Below, in pieces: positions 60,324 through 64,000 of a stretch of DNA of 64,000 nucleotides. The position numbers were made by a program, and so were the translations under genes. The notes beneath the pieces were generated by a model. That model searched no databases and was not told the origin of the DNA. It worked only from the letters and a program-made list of their open reading frames with translations. Numbering within the stretch: position 1 is the stretch's first letter; each line of letters opens with the position of its first letter. The stretch is from Methanothrix sp. (GTDB lineage: Archaea > Halobacteriota > Methanosarcinia > Methanotrichales > Methanotrichaceae): contig JBAXWY010000001.1 in assembly GCA_037128175.1 (NCBI GenBank), positions 32,001-96,000 of the forward strand, given 5' to 3'.

Positions 60324-61571
60324 ATGAAGATCAAACCCGCCCCGGCGGCCTCTCTTGTCATATCGGCGTTTTTATTCGTCTCCTCGCTAGCATGTCTTTT
60401 CCTTCAGCCGGACCTGGAAAAGCTGACGCCCCTTTGGCAGATCGGCCTTTTCGTAAGCCTTCTGCTGATTATTGCTTCCTATATGTTCTCGCGGGCCGTT
60501 TCCCTGAAGACTGCTCCCTTCTTAGCTCTGGACGTTCTCATCTGTTCCGCCATCCTCTCAATGATGTATTTCGGGACCCTTCATGCCGGATTTGTCATCC
60601 GCCGGCCACTTGGGGTGGGCGCATCCTTTGATTATTCATTCATTCTCTCTCTTCTGATACTTTTTGCCAGCATGCTGTGCATGAAGGACGCTTTTAATAT
60701 CATATACGGATACAGCGCCCGGGGTCGAGAGGCCCTGGTATTTCTGGCCGTCAGATTGTCTGCAGTGCTCTCGCTTCTGCTCTTAGGCGGGATACTCTTC
60801 ATAATAATCTACAAAGGAATTGGGATTATCAGCTGGGAGTTTTTGACCACGCCCCACAGGCGACTGGGCCAGGCGGGCGGGATCAGCACAGCCATATTGG
60901 GCTCTTTATGGATGGTTTTAGGTGCCATGATTGTCTCTTCTCCCCTGGGCATTGGTGCCGCCATCTATCTTCATGAATACTCCAAGAGCCAGAGGCTTAA
61001 CCGTCTCATCACCATTGCGGTAAGCTGCCTAAACGGCGTTCCTTCTGTGGTCTTCGGCCTCTTTGGTCTGGCCTTTCTAGTGACGTACTTCGGAGTATCT
61101 CTCTTATCCGGCTCCATAATTTTGGGGCTCATAAATATCCCCACCATAATCCTGACCTGCCAGGAGGCCTTAAAGAGCGTTCCTAACTCTCTGCGGGAGG
61201 GAAGCATGGCTTTGGGGGCTACCAAGTGGCAGACGATAAGCAAGGTAGTCTTGCCCACTGCCATGCCCGGCATACTCACAGGCGTGATCATGGGGGTGGC
61301 CAAGGCCTCAGGAGAGACGGCGCCCATCATGTGGACGGCAGTGACATATACCGCCACACCCGTGCAGATGATTTACGGAGTTATCCCCAATGTATTTCAG
61401 CCGGTCAATAACCTGGATTACCATCTCTTGAACCTGATCTACTTCCTGGGGGCATGGGATGTGGAGGCCAGGGCCTGGGGTACAGCTCTGGTGCTCATTG
61501 CCTTAGTGCTGGGCACCAATATGCTGGCCATAGTAGTAAGAAATCACTATCGAAAGAAGATTTCCTGGTAG
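60324..61571 (+). CDS. pstA: Phosphate ABC transporter permease with extra N-terminal TM helices
   Basis: GVPSVVFGLFG, ALGATKWQ and GETAP motifs. Confidence 0.92.
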   Translation: MKIKPAPAASLVISAFLFVSSLACLFLQPDLEKLTPLWQIGLFVSLLLIIASYMFSRAVSLKTAPFLALDVLICSAILSMMYFGTLHAGFVIRRPLGVGASFDYSFILSLLILFASMLCMKDAFNIIYGYSARGREALVFLAVRLSAVLSLLLLGGILFIIIYKGIGIISWEFLTTPHRRLGQAGGISTAILGSLWMVLGAMIVSSPLGIGAAIYLHEYSKSQRLNRLITIAVSCLNGVPSVVFGLFGLAFLVTYFGVSLLSGSIILGLINIPTIILTCQEALKSVPNSLREGSMALGATKWQTISKVVLPTAMPGILTGVIMGVAKASGETAPIMWTAVTYTATPVQMIYGVIPNVFQPVNNLDYHLLNLIYFLGAWDVEARAWGTALVLIALVLGTNMLAIVVRNHYRKKISW

Positions 61572-61619
61572 GACGATCGGTTCACAGCAAAAGCCTCGTG
61601 TTGTGCATGTCCAATTAAC

Positions 61620-62075
61620 TCATTCGAATGTGTGAATTATCCATTCTCGTATCTCGTCTCTGACCCGCCGGAAGACCTTGAGCTGCTCTTCCTCCGAGCC
61701 ACCGGCTTGTGCAGGGTCCTCAAAGCTTTTGTGAATGACTTCTCTTGCTTTGGGAGATTTGGCTGGAAGCTCAAGTTGCGTGCTGAAGATCGGGCAGGCC
61801 TGTTTTGCTCTGTCGCAGACCGTGACTGCCAGGTCAAATATTGTATCATGAAATTCTTCGGCTGATTTGGAGTATTGACCAGAGATATCAATACCGATTT
61901 CCTTCATGACCAACACAGAGCGAGGATCGACGTAAGTGGCCGTTACGCCAGCGCTGTACACATCGTATCTTCCGCCATAAATAGCTCTCAAGAGTCCTTC
62001 CGCCATCTGCGAGCGAGCTGAGTTATGGGTGCAAAGAAAAAGAACTTCCTTCTTGCCCTGGGTTTTTATGCTCAT
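61620..62075 (-). CDS. arsC: Arsenate reductase (LMW-PTP fold)
   Basis: FLCTHNSARSQMAE, VCD....CP and F.DP motifs. Confidence 0.9.
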   Translation of the reverse strand: MSIKTQGKKEVLFLCTHNSARSQMAEGLLRAIYGGRYDVYSAGVTATYVDPRSVLVMKEIGIDISGQYSKSAEEFHDTIFDLAVTVCDRAKQACPIFSTQLELPAKSPKAREVIHKSFEDPAQAGGSEEEQLKVFRRVRDEIREWIIHTFE

Positions 62076-62312
62076 TATCATCCTGCCTTTATGCGCATAA
62101 TTAATCAGCATTTTGGTCGCTCTTGTATACAGGAGCAGGATAACAGGACGCTACTACGATACACTAAGTTACCGAATATATGTTGTATTTACTCTATTGT
62201 TTTTTAAACCTGGTATGAGATCTATTGCGTTTATATATTCTATTTTGAAAAGATTTCTCAACAAGGTCGAATAATTAGGCTTCTGTGATATGTCTAGTCT
62301 AAGTCTAATGAG

Positions 62313-62576
62313 GTGAAGTTATTGGCGATAGGAATTACCATGCTTAAGGTCTTGCCGGGAATGGAGCACAGAGTCTACCATGCTTTAAGGTGCAAAGATG
62401 GCATTTTGTACATATGCGCAGTTTTTGGCGAGTACGATTTCATGCTAGTGTTGCAGGCAGAGGGCTTGAATGAACTCAGAGGTCTGATCGGCGGCATCGA
62501 TGATACCAAGGATGTTATCGCGACTCAGATGATACTGGTGAACAATCAAAATGAGATGCTTGCCCAGGCGTGCTGA
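62313..62576 (+). CDS. Stand-alone Lrp/AsnC ligand-binding domain protein
   Basis: V.PG.E..V, VFGEYD and T.T pattern; probable TTG start at 62322. Confidence 0.8.
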   Translation: MKLLAIGITMLKVLPGMEHRVYHALRCKDGILYICAVFGEYDFMLVLQAEGLNELRGLIGGIDDTKDVIATQMILVNNQNEMLAQAC

Positions 62577-62597
62577 AGAATGCATGCCGAATAGTAG

Positions 62598-63314
62598 GTG
62601 TGTTTCATGATTGAATACGGGAATATCAAACGGAATAAGGGCTCCCCTCTGCAAGCAGATTTAAGCTACGAAATGAGATTTGTGGATGAAAGCAATCTCG
62701 ATGAGATGATGGATTTACAGGAAATTGTGATTCATCATCTTGCCGATAAGGAGATATTCAGATCGCATTCTGCCGATTACTTCCAAGAACATCTGCAGAT
62801 GGAAAAATCGGCAGTAGGCGTCTTTTGCCAAGATGGACTAATCGCCTACAATATACTCTCTTTTCCAGGAGAGGGCAAAGACAATTTTGGCCTCGACATA
62901 AACCTTCCCAAAGACGATCTGGCAAATGTTGTCCATCTGGCAACAATCGCCGTTCATCCCGATTTTCGAGGCAACTCGCTGCAGAGCAAGATGCAGAATG
63001 CTCACCTAAAAATGATAGCAAATTTAGGGTATAATCATGTCTGTTGCATGGTATCGCCCAAGAACCGGCCCAGCCTTCAGAATATCCTCTCGCAGGGCCT
63101 GATCATAAAAGCCTTGAAGATCAAGTTTGAATGGCGTTTGAGATATATCATGCATAAGAATCTCTTAAACCCATGCTTAATTGGTCCTGATGTGGTTAGG
63201 ATGGATAGCAAAGATATTCCTGGTCAAATCAATCTACTTAATCGAGGATTTCAGGGATTTCATTTGTCGAAGCTTTCGGACAGCTTTGAGATACACTATG
63301 CAAAGCCCACCTGA
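62598..63314 (+). CDS. GNAT family N-acetyltransferase
   Basis: AVHPDFRGNSLQ and VSP.N.PSL motifs. Confidence 0.85.
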   Translation: MCFMIEYGNIKRNKGSPLQADLSYEMRFVDESNLDEMMDLQEIVIHHLADKEIFRSHSADYFQEHLQMEKSAVGVFCQDGLIAYNILSFPGEGKDNFGLDINLPKDDLANVVHLATIAVHPDFRGNSLQSKMQNAHLKMIANLGYNHVCCMVSPKNRPSLQNILSQGLIIKALKIKFEWRLRYIMHKNLLNPCLIGPDVVRMDSKDIPGQINLLNRGFQGFHLSKLSDSFEIHYAKPT

Positions 63315-63544
63315 ATCCGGCTTCTTTTTCATATAAACGAAATCAACAACCTCGAATTTTTTAATATCAATGGTGCAAGCATAATATTAATAGATTTATC
63401 TAGGTGTCAAATTAGTATTATCGCGGCCTATCTATCAAAAATCCATCCTTTACATCTCAAAATTAATGTGCGACCCATACCACTATTGTCTTCATCTAAT
63501 GTATTTGCAAAAAGATTATTGAGTATCCGTTCGTTAGATGTAGT

Positions 63545-63730
63545 GGGGCGTTACAGGGCCCCAAGAGCACCCCATATTTCACCGTCTGTGCGAACCTAGG
63601 TAAGCTCCTGCATGGAGGATAACAAAGGCGGCGCAGGGGGTGCATTCTCGGCTGGCAGATTGCACCCGAGCTAAAGCTCTACGTCAGGATACCTGGCTTT
63701 TTACCTCTCGGGCCCTGCCAGCATCCTCAA
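63545..63730 (+). ncRNA. Candidate multi-stem structured RNA (~190 nt), family unknown, strand uncertain
   Basis: GC-rich island in an AT-rich gap; outer stem CAGGGCCC..AGAG/CTCT.GGGCCCTG plus at least 4 nested stems. Confidence 0.5.
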
Positions 63731-63770
63731 TAACTGCTAGATCAAAACACAAGCCCTATTTTGCTATATT

Positions 63771-64000
63771 TCAGTTCTCTAAAACTGCATTATGCAAGTT
63801 TATCGACAGCTCTGCGATATTTATTATGAGGTCAAGCATGCGTTCCATGCTGCCGGCCAGCACCAGTCTGATCGGCATCTCGTCATCGTCTCTCTCCCAG
63901 AAAGAGCTGGTCATAATCATTGATTGCTTCTTTATCTCCTTAGTTTTATCAATAAGCTGGTTGGCCTTCTCTGTGTCCGGTTTGAGAAGCACGGATATGG
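63771..64000 (-). CDS. PhoU-domain phosphate uptake regulator, C-terminal part (enters from the right edge)
   Basis: SMERMLDLIINIAE resembles the PhoU ER..D...NIAE motif; near pstCA. Confidence 0.65.
   Translation of the reverse strand, partial: ISVLLKPDTEKANQLIDKTKEIKKQSMIMTSSFWERDDDEMPIRLVLAGSMERMLDLIINIAELSINLHNAVLEN

Noticed and set aside
63545-63730. Lysine riboswitch, RNase P or SRP RNA
   Set aside because: Only superficial AGAGGU and GGUAA similarity; conserved cores are absent and no downstream co-oriented gene is present.

Overview
Archaeal methanogen chromosome segment, most consistent with Methanothrix/Methanosarcinales (methanogen-type SerRS, GatE, F420-dependent NpdG, CobY/CobZ, histone, PriS/PriL, Cdc6). 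The taxon is inferred from gene content, not from a search. Most of the window is housekeeping: trm1, cobalamin cobZSY, amtB-glnK, the rps15-DHH-pcc1-serS cluster, nrdD, the priS-GINS-rpl44e-rps27e-eIF2a-nop10-PAC2 cluster, aroC, moeA, TFS-PCNA-priL, gatE-cdc6 and pstCA. An accessory stretch at about 33-42 kb carries dinD, sod, alkD, an agmatinase-like gene, a RelBE-like toxin-antitoxin pair and two K+-channel paralogues. Most notable: (1) an operon of four secreted proteins (NosD beta-helix, two atypical Cys-rich rhodaneses, a subtilase), three of which share an Ig-like module; (2) a dispersed family of promoter-equipped intergenic hairpins with C-rich anti-Shine-Dalgarno-like loops (candidate sRNAs); (3) a ~190-nt multi-stem candidate ncRNA near the right end; (4) direct repeats flanking dinD and shared with the nrdD upstream region; (5) a K+-channel paralogue with a rewritten selectivity filter. 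No CRISPR array, rRNA or tRNA was seen.
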